This document shows positions 37,172 to 50,000 of a stretch of 64,000 nucleotides of DNA, piece by piece. Source of the DNA: Pseudogymnoascus verrucosus (taxonomy: Eukaryota). Made by a program: the position numbers and the translations under genes. Numbering within the stretch: the first letter of the stretch is position 1; every line of letters starts with the position of its first letter. A model generated the notes under the pieces. The model made no database searches. It was not told the origin of the DNA and saw nothing but the letters and a program-made list of their open reading frames with translations. The DNA is taken from assembly GCA_001662655.1 (NCBI GenBank), contig KV460231.1, one strand, 5' to 3'.

Positions 37172-37845
37172 TTACTCCATCGTAACCTTGGCACCAAGTC
37201 CCTTCAACAGCTCCACAATCTTGTCTGCCTCCTCCTTTGGCACGGCTTCCCTCAGCATCTTCGGTGCCGACTCAACGAACTTCTTCGAATCCACCAAGCT
37301 CAGGCCAAGCATGCTCTTGATCTCCTTAATAATCTTTGGCTTCGAGCCGGTCTCGAAAGAGTCGAGCTTGAGGTTGAAGAGGGTCTTCTCGGCTTGTACT
37401 GGTGCGGCCTCCTCCTCGACGGCGGCGGCTGGGGCTGCTGGGCCGGCGGCGGCGAAACCTCCCATTGGCATATCTGGGATGTTGAGGCGGGTCTAAGGAG
37501 GATGTGTTAGTTATATAGACCAAGTTTGAGATAATGGATGTTAATGCGCTCTGGTGGAACAGGGGAAACGGCAAAAAGTTCCCGGGGAACATGCGGTCTT
37601 CATCTGAGCCATCTCAAACGCTCGCGGAGTGTGCATCTCACCTTAAGAGTAGAGACAAGGTCGGCAGTCTCGAGAAGAGTCAATTGGCTGATCTGGTCAA
37701 CGATCGTGGAGATCTTTGGGTTGGTCGCAGCCTCTGTCGAGTTCCATCGCCGTTGGGCGAGCGTCGCAGATGCAACTCTAACTCCCCCGGCGGCCCTCAA
37801 GGAGCGAACGGCACTTCTGGCCGCGAATTGGCAGGATAAAGACAT
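37172..37845 (-). CDS. MNP1: Mitochondrial ribosomal protein bL12m (L7/L12), 2 exons
   Basis: Arg-rich presequence ending RRWNS; IVDQISQLTLLETADL and KIIKEIK..LSLVDSKKFVESAP motifs; intron 37493-37641. Confidence 0.92.
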
Positions 37846-38078
37846 CGTGGGGTGTATGAAGGAGGGCGTAATTAAGGTATCTCGTGCAGTAACAATCGAC
37901 ACGCGCAGCTTGAAGAAATTCGAGGTTCCGTCGGCCACTAGCGGCAATTTGGACCTGGTGGAAGCGGCCGCGTGTTGGTCCGTGCATGCGATTTTCCATC
38001 GCTCCCCAAAAAAAAGTTCAGATACAGCGGCGATAACAAACCAAACTTCGACATTGAGTCGATGCCATACCCCGCGCC

Positions 38079-41000
38079 ATGGACGAAATTAATATGTTCA
38101 AGGGGCACGAGGCAATCCTTCAAGATGAGATTGTCTTGGGGAAATTACCCTCTGAAATTCTCAGCATAATTCGCAACGGAAGCTCTCCACGGTATCTGGA
38201 TGCGATAGCTGCTGCGGGTGCGATACCACGATTGACGACAAGGGTTTTCGCACGATTCGAGAATATTTTCGCAGACACCTGTTCAAGATGGGTAGAAGGA
38301 AGACAAGGGAAAGAGCAAGATCCTGCCATAATCGAAGCTTTTGCGAGAATTCTACCGTTTGCGCCGTACCTCCACGTTTATTTGGCAAACTACACCACCA
38401 GCCAAAGTAATACCACCTCCGGCCGCGAATTACGATATTTGTCGGACGAATCCTCGAGCAATATTTCAGAACTATCAGATGCGGGACTGCAGTCGCTCTT
38501 ACTTGCAGGCTTCCGACTTCTGAGGTTTGATAGGGCATTATATACTGGCTTGATATCAGCAAGTAAGATACAAAATCTATTACGACATGACAACCTGGTA
38601 GTCAGATATCTTGCCGCGAGGATACTTGCGCTGCTATTATCGGCATCTGATGCGAAGCTCGAGGAGCTATTGGCAGCTCATGTGGGCAAGAACAGCCCTG
38701 TCATGGGAGATTATGACGGGGACAATATTGATTACGGATTTCTAAGTCTCTACGAAGCCCGGAAGATAAAAGATGTTGCTGCCATGAGGCTCGCCATGCA
38801 GGCTTCTGAAAGTAGACCACAACAGCTACAACCTCAAGGACTCTCCCCACTGGTTGTCAGGTGCGGGCAGGTGCTCCTCCCTCGCCCTGATGGGACGCCC
38901 TCAAGGGGTTCGTCTCTCATTACCACAATCACAACCGCCAACAATAAAGAGGACTTTGCGCAAGCACTCCTGTCAAGTTCTCCCCTACTCATACATGGGC
39001 TTTCTGGAGCAGGCAAGACATCATTGGTTAATGACTTTGCCCGGGAGCTTGGAAAAGAGTCGACTATGGTCACACTGCATCTCAATGAGCAGACAGATGC
39101 AAAGATGTTAATTGGCATGTATGCTACAGACACAACACCGGGATCATTTACGTGGCGCGCCGGTGTATTAACCACGGCGATCCGTGAAGGTCGCTGGGTT
39201 TTTATTGAAGATCTTGATCGTGCGCCTAATGAAGTTATCAGTGTTATTTTACCATTAATAGAGAGAGGAGAGCTTTTGATACCCAGCCGAGGAGAGACGA
39301 TTCGGGCGGCACCCGGATTTCGTTTGATTGCCAGCATTCGAACTTCATTGAATATGAACGGACAAGAAAATCCTCCAGCGATGCACATGCTTGGAGCAAG
39401 GTTATGGAACAGAGTTCCAGTTAAAATGCCTAGCCGGCAGGAGTTCCAAGAAATTATAAACGGCACATACCCTGTGCTTCATAAGTTTTTGCCAGGAATT
39501 ATCTCGGTCTATGAGCGCCTCTATTCGTTGGCTCAAAACCCATCGTTTGCCTTGAAAAGCAAAACTTCTTTGGGACGCCCAATAAGCCCCCGCGATTTAT
39601 TGAAGTGGTGCCGTCGCCTGGAAGCTACCCTACTTGCTGCAGGCTCTAAGACTGGAGAAGAGCCAATTACAGAAGGGACTAAGGATGAGATGTTTATGGA
39701 GGCTGCGGACTGCTTTGCGAGCAGCCTTCAAACCGAAGAAGCTAGAAAAACCGTCATCACAGCGATTGCAGAGGAGATGCACATCCCTCCCCAAAGAGCT
39801 GCCCACTATTTGGATAACCACGTCCCACGCCTCAACGACACGGAAACGCATCTACAGGTCGGGAGAGTCACTATCCCCAAGCGACGAACATCACACCGCG
39901 TTAGCAAACTGTCCAAGAAGACCCGGCCATTTGCCAACACCACCCACGCGAAGAGACTGCTAGAGCAAGTCGGCGTTGCCCTGAAAATGGCCGAGCCTGT
40001 CTTGCTGGTTGGCGAGACAGGTATCGGTAAAACGACTGTTATCCAACAACTTGCGGACTCACTCGGGTACAAGCTCACCGCCGTCAATCTGTCTCAGCAG
40101 AGTGAGGTCGGAGACTTGCTTGGTGGCTTCAAGCCGGTGAATGTCAGGAGTTTGGCGATTCCCTTGAAAGAGGAGTTTGATGACTTATTTGCGGCTACTG
40201 GTATTTCTGCAAGCAGAAATCAGAAATATCTCGAGTCGATAGGCAAGTGCGTTGCGAAAGGGCATTGGACTAAAGCTTCCAAATTATGGCGGGAAGCGCC
40301 GAAGATGTTCGACAGGATAGTGTCGGATCTTGAGAAGCTCGATGCTGCCAAGGCAAGAGAAGGGCCAGAGGCTCCAGTGAAAAGGAGAAAGACAGAATCA
40401 AAGCTACAGTCTTTGCTCTCTCTCAAACCTCGCTGGGAACTGTTCTCAAAGAACTTGGAGCAATTTGATGTGCAACTCTCTGGCGGCTCGAAGGGGTTTG
40501 CGTTCACATTTGTGGAGGGAAATATCGTGAAGGCTGCGAGGAATGGTGAATGGGTGTTGCTTGATGAGATCAACTTGGCATCCCCTGATACCCTAGAAAG
40601 CATTGCAGACCTCCTTCTGAGTGGTTCTGGCACCAAGCCATCCATTCTTCTTTCCGAGACGGGTGAGATAGAAAGAGTCCAGGCGCACCCGAACTTCCGC
40701 ATATTTGGAGCCATGAACCCCGCTACAGATGTCGGAAAGCGGGATTTACCTATGGGCCTGCGGTCGAGGTTCACAGAGATCTACGTGGACAGCCCCGACA
40801 AGAACCTGGATGACCTCCTAGCAGTCATCAAAGTCTACCTCAAGAGCTCGAGCACCAATGATGAGCGGGCCGCCCACGATGTTGCACGCCTGTACATGAA
40901 CACAAAGCGCATGGCAGATGAGAAGCAACTCGTTGACGGAGCAAGCCAAGTCCCCCACTTTAGTTTGCGTACACTTACTCGCGTATTAAGTTACGTGACT

Positions 41001-44000
41001 GAAATTGCTCCCTCATACGGCCTTCGTAGGGCTTTGTACGAAGGCTTTGCGATGGGATTCTTGACCCTCCTCAACCGAGAGTCTGAGAAAATGCTCGTCC
41101 CTCTTATTAACCACCACCTTCTCGATAGCCATGGAAACCCGCAAGCGCTTTTGGCGCAGACTCCTCGCCACCCAGAAGACGGCCGACAATATGTTCGATT
41201 TATGAACAATAAGAGGGACAGGCAGTATTGGATGCTTCAGGGGCGCGAAACTCCACAGGAGCAGCCGCACTACATTATCACTCCCTTTGTGGAGCGTAAT
41301 ATGCTCAACCTTGTTCGTGCTACATCAACAAGGCGATTCCCAGTCCTCGTCCAAGGTCCCACTTCAGCTGGTAAAACAAGTATGATCGAGTACCTTGCCA
41401 AGTTCAGTGGCAACAAGTTCGTCAGAATCAATAATCACGAACACACCGATCTTCAGGAATATCTCGGTACCTACGTCTCTGGCACCGATGGGCAATTGAA
41501 GTTCCAAGAAGGTCTTCTAGTTCAGGCACTCCGAGAGGGACACTGGATTGTGCTGGATGAACTGAACTTGGCACCAACCGATGTTCTAGAAGCACTGAAC
41601 AGACTTCTCGATGACAACAGAGAGCTTCTGATTCCCGAAACGCAGGAAATTGTCCGACCCCACGAGAATTTCATGTTGTTTGCCACTCAAAACCCACCCG
41701 GTCTATATGGTGGGCGTAAAACTCTGTCCCGTGCCTTCAGAAACAGATTTTTGGAGCTTCACTTCGACGACATCCCCGAGGATGAGCTGGAGTATATCTT
41801 GGAGAACCGCAGCAAGAATACCGCTCCTTCGGACTGCAAGAGAATCGTGACGGTTTACAAGGAGCTATCAAGACTCCGCCAGTCCAGCCGATTGTTCGAG
41901 CAGAAAGACAGCTTTGCAACCCTTCGTGACCTATTCCGTTGGGCCCTCCGCAATGCCGATAATCGCGAACAGCTGGCGGCGAATGGCTATATGTTACTTG
42001 GGGAGAGGGTCCGCAAAACCGAGGAAAGGCAGGCTGTGAAGGAGATCATTGAGAAGGTTATGAAAGTCAAAATTGACCCTTCTGTCTTGTACAGTGCCGA
42101 GGCTTCACCTGAGATCCAGCTGCACAACGAAACCTCGAATGCGCAGGGTGTTGTGTGGACAGGTGCCATGCGCAGGTTATACGTACTCGTCTCGCATGCG
42201 ATGCGGAATAACGAGCCTGTATTACTCGTTGGAGAGACGGGATGTGGAAAGACAACAGTCTGTCAAATGCTTGCTGAGGCATTTAGCAAAGAGCTCCATA
42301 TTGTTAATGCGCATCAAAACACCGAAACCGGTGATCTGATTGGAGCACAGCGCCCGGTGAGAAACCGCGCTGCAATTCTAAAGCAGCTTGAGGATGACCT
42401 GAAGGCTGCTCTAAACGGTCTAAACTTTCAAACCGATGCCCCTCTGAAGGACGTAGAGCAGTTGACGGCCGCATACATCAGTCTCAGCGAGGAGCAGCGT
42501 GTTAGTATCCCAGACGACCTGAGGCAACGCATTTACAACGGTCAATCCAAGGCTAAGGCATTGTTCGAATGGTCTGATGGAAGCCTCGTTCAGGCAATGA
42601 GGGATGGCGAATTCTTCTTGCTGGATGAAATATCCTTGGCCGATGACTCTGTGCTTGAACGATTAAATTCGGTCCTCGAGCCACAGCGCACCATTTTACT
42701 TGCCGAAAAGGGTATAACCGACTCTTTCGTCCAAGCGACTGAGGGATTCCAATTCTTCGCAACAATGAACCCTGGTGGCGACTACGGAAAGCGTGAGCTG
42801 TCTCCGGCACTGCGCAACCGTTTTACAGAGATCTGGGTTCCCTCGCTTTCCGAGATGGAGGATGTGTTGCAGATTGTTGACTCCAAGCTGAATGCACTAA
42901 CTAAGAAGTTTGCGAAGCCCATGGTTGATTTCGCTGAATGGTTCGGCAAGAAATACCGGTCGTCTTCTACACAGTCAATCTCCGTCAGAGATCTTCTGGC
43001 TTGGATCAGCTTCGTTAACGGATCGAAGCCGCAAGACCCATATTTTGCAATCCTCCATGGTGCAGCAATGGTTTACATTGATACTCTTGGTGCCAACCCA
43101 GCTGCACTACTTGCTATCAACCCGGAAAGCATTATTGAGGAGCGAGCAACTTGCCTGCAGCAACTAAGCAGCTTCCTCAACCACAACGTATCTGCAATCT
43201 ACTATACCAACGTGGAGGTGAACAATAAAGAAGATGCGTTCGTTGCGTTTGGAGATTTCCAAATTCCAAAGGCAGCAGCCTCCCAGGCGGACACTGGATT
43301 CGCCTTTGATGCTCCTACCACGAAGCTCAACGCGATGCGCGTAGTCCGTGCGCTTCAAGTGCAGAAGCCAATTCTCATTGAGGGAAGCCCTGGAGTAGGA
43401 AAGACAACCCTGATTGCAGCTCTCGCAAAGGCCATCGGCAAGCCATTGACACGTATCAACTTGTCCGAGCAAACAGATCTTATGGATCTGTTTGGGTCCG
43501 ATGTCCCCGTTGAGGGAGCTGAAGCTGGCAACTTCGCATGGCGCGATGCGGCTTTCCTTCAAGCAATGCAAAGAGGTGATTGGGTGCTTCTCGACGAAAT
43601 GAACTTGGCATCACAATCAGTTCTTGAAGGTTTGAACGCATGTCTTGATCATCGTGGAGAAGTCTACATTTCGGAACTCGACCAGACATTCAAGCGCCAC
43701 CCGAACTTCTCCGTTTTTGCGGCCCAGAACCCTCACCACCAAGGAGGTGGCCGCAAGGGCCTTCCCAGCTCCTTTGTTAACCGATTTACCGTTGTGTATG
43801 CTGACGTGTTTAGAAACGATGATTTGACGCTTATTTGCCAGCACAATTTCCCAGACATGGACAAGGCGGTTATGGCTAATATAATTGGGTTCGTATCCGC
43901 CCTAGAGCAAGAGGTTGTCTACAAGAGAAGATTTGGCTCCGAGGGAGGCCCCTGGGAGTTCAACCTCCGTGACACATTGAGATGGCTTCAATTATTAGCA

Positions 44001-47000
44001 TCCAATGACCCTCTCACGGGTGCAGCTACCCCCGTCGACTTCTTGAACCTCATCTTCCGCCAAAGATTCCGAACGGCGAAGGACAGAGACCATGTGAACA
44101 GAATCTTCACCCAAGTCTTTGGATACGAAATTCCTTTCCGCCACCTATTCCCCAATCTCGCATCAGACGCATACCAGGTGGGTATGGCGTATCTGCCACG
44201 CAACCAGCTCATCCAAAGATACCCATTCCCGCACGAAGATGTGAGGAGGCACTACGCAGAGATCGAGTCTATCATGACATGTCTCCGTCAAAATATGCCT
44301 TGTATACTGGTCGGCCCTTCAGGTTCAGGCAAGAGCAGCCTCGTCCAGCACGTAGCTGCTGCTGCCGGAGCTGAGCTGGTGGTGTTCCCGCTGAATTCTG
44401 ATATTGATACTATGGACTTGGTAGGTGGTTTCGAGCAGCTGGATCCCCAACGATCATCTGCGGCCTTCCTACAAAGTCTGTCAGTGTTCCTTGAAGGCAA
44501 AGTTTTGTCGTCCATTCCACGAGCGGTTCCAGAGGAAGCGATTGAGATACTTAGCATGTGTAAGAATCCGGATCAAGTTTCGTCCAACTATTTCGCCAAG
44601 ATCCTCCAAGTATTGGTTTCCCTCTATGAGAAGACGTCACTCCCAGAGCTGGAGGGATTTTTGACTACGTGCCAACACTTTGTTGACAACCCAAACAAGA
44701 TCGAAAGCGCTCGTTTCGAATGGGTTGACGGTGTTTTGGTCAAAGCCCTCGAAGAGGGAAAATGGCTCGTCCTCGATAACGCTAACTTGTGCAGCTCGTC
44801 TGTCCTCGATCGTTTGAACTCTCTGCTTGAGCCTTCTGGCTTCTTGAGTATTAACGAACATTGCGGGCCAGACGGAGAACCAAAACTTGTGAGGCCTCAC
44901 CCGAACTTCCGTCTCTTCATGACGATGGATGCTCGTTTCGGTGAGCTCTCAAGAGCCATGAGAAACCGTTCTATTGAGATATTCCTTGATACTCCGATTA
45001 TCTCTAGCGATTCGGAGGTTGAGTCTACAATTCCTCCTGTGCTTGAGCCATCTCAACAGCGATTTGGAAATTTGATTAAAGCCTTGGAAGCAGAAGGTCC
45101 TTCGGGACAGCTCGGCTCACTAACCAAAGTAGCATTGGACCATGTATCCACAATTGATACAGATTTGCTTCCCAGATTTGCCCAGGCAATCCAGAATGGC
45201 CTCGTCAACCCAGCGTTTATTAACGAAGAGACTGGCAGGATAATTGCTCGATACTTAGAGGCTCTTCAGCCTGGTAAAAGTCAGGGATTGGCACACGCTG
45301 TCAATCAGATGTACGACGGGCTCGCAGGAGCATTGGGTCTCCCAGAGAGCTTCAAAGAGTCACAGGTCAGTGACCTTGCCTTCAATTTTAACTGTAAAAC
45401 ATGTACTGATAGAATAATTAATGTAGACAATCCATACGCTTACAAACTCACCTCTGGTGCCTTTGCTTCAACATTATCCTGCCACCGCAAACCAGAGCTA
45501 TTGGCTTGGCACCGTCCTTGAGCTCCAGGTGGAAGCTCTTGATGGTCAAGAGGCCCAAGAAGAACAGCTCCGCACGCTATCGACCTTAAAGCCATCCCAG
45601 ATGAATCGTCTCCAGCGATCAATGGTCCGAGACCGCGTCCCATCTGTAGCGAAAGATACAACGGCCTCCATCGCAGAATTCCTTCGCGAAAGTTTACAGA
45701 CATTCCACGAATTCCTACAAAATGCCCCGTCATCGGATTCGGCTGTACACAGCCGAGTTTTGAGAGAGATCATGCAATTCTGGTGGCAGACGTATAGGCT
45801 TGCCCAGACCGGAAAATTTGAAGAGGCAACATTCCAAGCGCATCTCGCTATAGGAACGGAATTGCTGTCACGGCTCGCAAAAGTGCAACCGGGCGGCATC
45901 GTGGAATTGTTCCAGAAAAGACTCAAGGACAACTTCGATTCTGGTTTCAGCTTGACTACTGGTCTGAGTATGGAGACTCTGTGGTTACAATTTAGACCAC
46001 TACCAGTTTCGAGCACCGAAAAGCTAGCAATGCTCCTTGAGATGGAGGCACTGGCTGCTAAGTTCGATGCTCTCAGATGGAAGATCTCGATTTCCGTTTC
46101 AGAGCTCGCTGGAATCATGTCTGCTTTGGTCAAAGCCCATCACACCCTGCTTACAGCAGATGTTGATGGCCGCTCCCTGATTAAAACGCTGAGCACCGAA
46201 CTAGAGAGGCTCGAGGCCATCGCTGGGAAAGAAACTGCTAGTGTCACTCCATTCCTCGCATCTCAATTTGAAGCTCTACGCCAATACAAGGCCCTCCAGG
46301 CCATGCACACGAAGACTTTCAGTCAAGGAGGCAACCTCGACGCTACCGACCCAGAGACTATTGTCCTTGCAAACCATTCAACTTCGTCCTTGATGCATTT
46401 GGCTTCTGCTAGCCCCTCGTCTAACCCTCTCTTCAGCACCGACTATCTGTGGGGTTCTGGAGACGGACTTCAACCAATAAGTGATTCGTTCTCTGCATCA
46501 CTCATCCACAAGCTGCACAATTCGAGCGATGTCACTCTTAACTCGTTAAGACTTCTGGAGACTGAGTTGCCAATAATGGGTCGCCAGTTGATTCAAGCAA
46601 GCGCGTCCTTGAGCAGGAACCATTTCCTTGACATGGATATGTTCCTAGTTGAGCTTATGGTAGATATTGTCGGAGCTCACAGTGCAGAACTCGCTGTAAA
46701 TTTCAGGGTGGCTGCAGGTGAACTTGACAGTTTGCCTATACCCTCGTCATACTCCATGGCCACATCGGCGGTTCTCCATCCAGCATCGTTCAAGTCTGTA
46801 TATGAAGCAGACACCTGCCCTCCACAGCTTCAACACGTCATCAAAGAGCACTTCATGCCTGCGTTAGTGTCAATTGCAGCCGTTAAGAAACATGCGGGCA
46901 ACCAGGCACAACATTCGGCGTTAGGATGGGTGCAATTTGCTGTTGGTGTTCTGGCACTCTATGTACCAGATCGATCATATGATCCCGACAAGAGGCAACG

Positions 47001-50000
47001 GCTGGAGCGTGAACGTCACATTGAAATGAGCCAGGCTCTTCAAACCAGACTTGGTGCACTCCAAAAATTCGAAGGCATTCTCACCAGTCAAAACTCGAAC
47101 TTGAGGAGCCAGGTGTTGGAGGCAGAGATTAATGAACTGGGCGAACCCACAGAGACGCTTCAAGAAGTTTTCCGCCCTACAACTTCTGAGTTGGATCAGC
47201 TCCAAGGAGAATTCAATAACCTGTTGAACACTGTATTGTCAGCGAGACCGCATGCCTTGTTGTTCAGCCAGCTCACTTCCAGTTCTGACGACTCTATTCA
47301 GAGCTTGAAGCTCCTTCAGAGCAACGTTGTCCAGATTATCCGCCGATTTTCAGACAGGTTCCGCGCTTATGGCGATATGACAGTTCCACTTGTCAACATG
47401 CTTCGATGCCTGCAAATTGGTCTTTTCATGGCTGGTATGTCCGCAGAAGAGCCTTCGAACAATGCCCGAAACATCGTGGCTCTTAGCAAAATGACTCCGT
47501 TCCTTGGCGGTGAAGCCGAGTTCGACGACTCCAATAGCTTGGAACAACCCCTGGAAGTCCTTGGCCAGATTGCTACTATTACGAGCATTGATGGCATCGA
47601 CAGTTTCGGTGACGAGCAGCGCCAAATTCTTTACAATATCTTCCACAGCTGTTTCGAACAGTGGAGCAAGCGCCTTGAGCTCGATCGCGAGGAAGCCGAA
47701 GTTAAAGGCGGACTGTACCGCTTCAAAGGTAGCTTCGAGGACGAAAATGAAGAGGACCAAGAGCAATTTAATGAGCTCTTCCCAGCTTTCGACGAAGAAG
47801 AATCTAAGCCAATTGGTGGGACAATTCACCATGCTGCTCGTGATACCGCGATTATCCTCGCAAAGCTCCATGCCGAGATCTACTTAAACAAGAGCGTTCC
47901 GGCAGAAAAGATCACGTCGTTAATACGTACGATGGCATCTCGTATCGGAACCATCTGGAACAGCGATACTTCATTGTACGGAAGCGGACAAGCCACATCT
48001 CGCGGACTAACGGAGTCACTTTTGCCTGGTGCATTGCTTCTTTTGGATGACAAAATTCAGGCCTTGAGTGCAGATACAACCACTTCCGACACCTACAACT
48101 TCTACCTAGACCCCAACCTTCCCGAGGCTCGTAAACTTGTGGGATTGATACACCAAGTCCAAGTTCGATTCCGCGAGCTTCAAGAAGTGGACGAGATCGG
48201 CCATATGCAGCCGCTCGACGATGTGCTTGTTTCGTGCAGGGAGCTTCTCGAATTCCACCACACCGAACCCATTGCAAAAATCATCACGAAGGTTGAGAAA
48301 GTTCACACCTACATGCATGAATGGCAATTTGGTGGCTGGGCGAGCCGAGTTAACTCTGCCACTGCTCTATATGACAGATTAACCCAAACAATTGTCAACT
48401 GGCGTCGCCTTGAGCTCACAACCTGGTCAAAGTTATTCGAGATGGAGGATAAGAAGTGCGATGATGACGCAAAGTCTTGGTGGTTCATTGCCTATCAGGT
48501 CGCTGTTGCTGCGCCCCTGGAGCTTTCAAGCTCGGAGGAGGAGTTAAGAACGTATGCACAAAAGCTCCTCAAAGATCTTGAGACATACTTTGCTACGGCC
48601 ATTCAAGGGCAGTATGCCCAACGCCTGCAAATGATCAAGCAGCTTCAGCAGCACCTGAAGATGCTCGCCATTGACTACCCTCTCATGACAATAATCGAGA
48701 ATGCCGTTTCGAGCTTCCTCGGGCTCTATTCTCGATACGAGGGACAAGTGAGCGAAAACTTGCGCAAGGGCCGTGTGTCTCTTGAGAAAGCAATGAAAGA
48801 CGTTCTTCTCCTTGCTAGTTGGAAAGATACGAACATTGTGGCCCTCAGAGATAGTGCTAAGAGATCTCACCACAAGCTGTTCAAGTTGGTTCGAAAGTAC
48901 AGAGCTCTGTTGAGTCAACCAATGGAGATAGTTTTGAAGCAAGGATTGCCAGAAGAGCAGGATGGCACAATCGGAAACGTTGTCGTTGCGAACCACAAGG
49001 CTCTTGTAACTGTCGACAAATCTGCGTTGGCCCTTTGCGAGGCCCAAGTTCCACACTGGGCCAAGAAGAGCCCGCGATATATCAATATCTCCAAGACCGT
49101 GGGAATGATGGATGATGCTTCTCAAATACCCGAAGACACTCTTAATGTCTCGGAATACATCGACTCTTTCCTTGATAATATCGTCACTACAGCAGCGCAG
49201 CTTCAAAAGGCCACACCCTCCGTTCTCACAGAAGAGAACAAAGTGACCGTCAAGCATTTGAAGACAAGAAAGCGCAAGCTATTTGCTGAGACCCTCAAAG
49301 AGTTGCGCGAAATGGGTATCAGACACAACCTGGGCACTGCCGCCCTTGCACAGCAAGATTCCCTTTCGGTCGTCTTGGCTAACGCTGACAACTTGCCTCA
49401 ATCGGATGCCTTCGACTTCTCTGGAATCAATTATTACTACAGCCAAACATTGGACTTGGTTCCTCGTGCTAGACTCGCGACAAGAGGGCACAATGAAGAC
49501 TTGAGTCTCGCGGAAGTCGCTCGCAGCTCTGGGCTGCTCGAAGGTCTACTTCAAGTCGTGATCCAACAGAGAAACGCACTCGCGCAGGCTGTTTCCGACT
49601 CCGTGGCCATTGGCGAATCTATTAAGCAAGCTACCGGTCTTTGGTCTGGAGGCCAATACGACATCGCAAGTGTCCTATCCTCTACTGCGTATGAGCCTTC
49701 TCTGAAATGGCTGCCAAGTATTCTACGAGTCGCCTTGGGCTTGCTTAAGACACACAACAGACTCGGCAGCGAGACCAACTCTGATGTCGACGAGGTCTTA
49801 GTCCTATGGATTGAAAAGTTTGACATCTTCCGCCAAACCTACAACCGCCTCCCGGTACTGCCCAGTGGCCTTCAATCTTCCAGCCATATTGAGCTGGAAA
49901 CCGAGGTTCACGACGCGATTAAGGGTCTGCGGGTCAATATCGAGTTCTTAAAGACAACGCATCCTCATCTGGACTATATCCTCCACCAGATTCTACCATG

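Noticed and set aside
45366..45521. Midasin apparently split into two overlapping ORFs (frameshift or two genes)
   Set aside because: A 61-nt GT-AG intron (45366-45426) joins them in frame.
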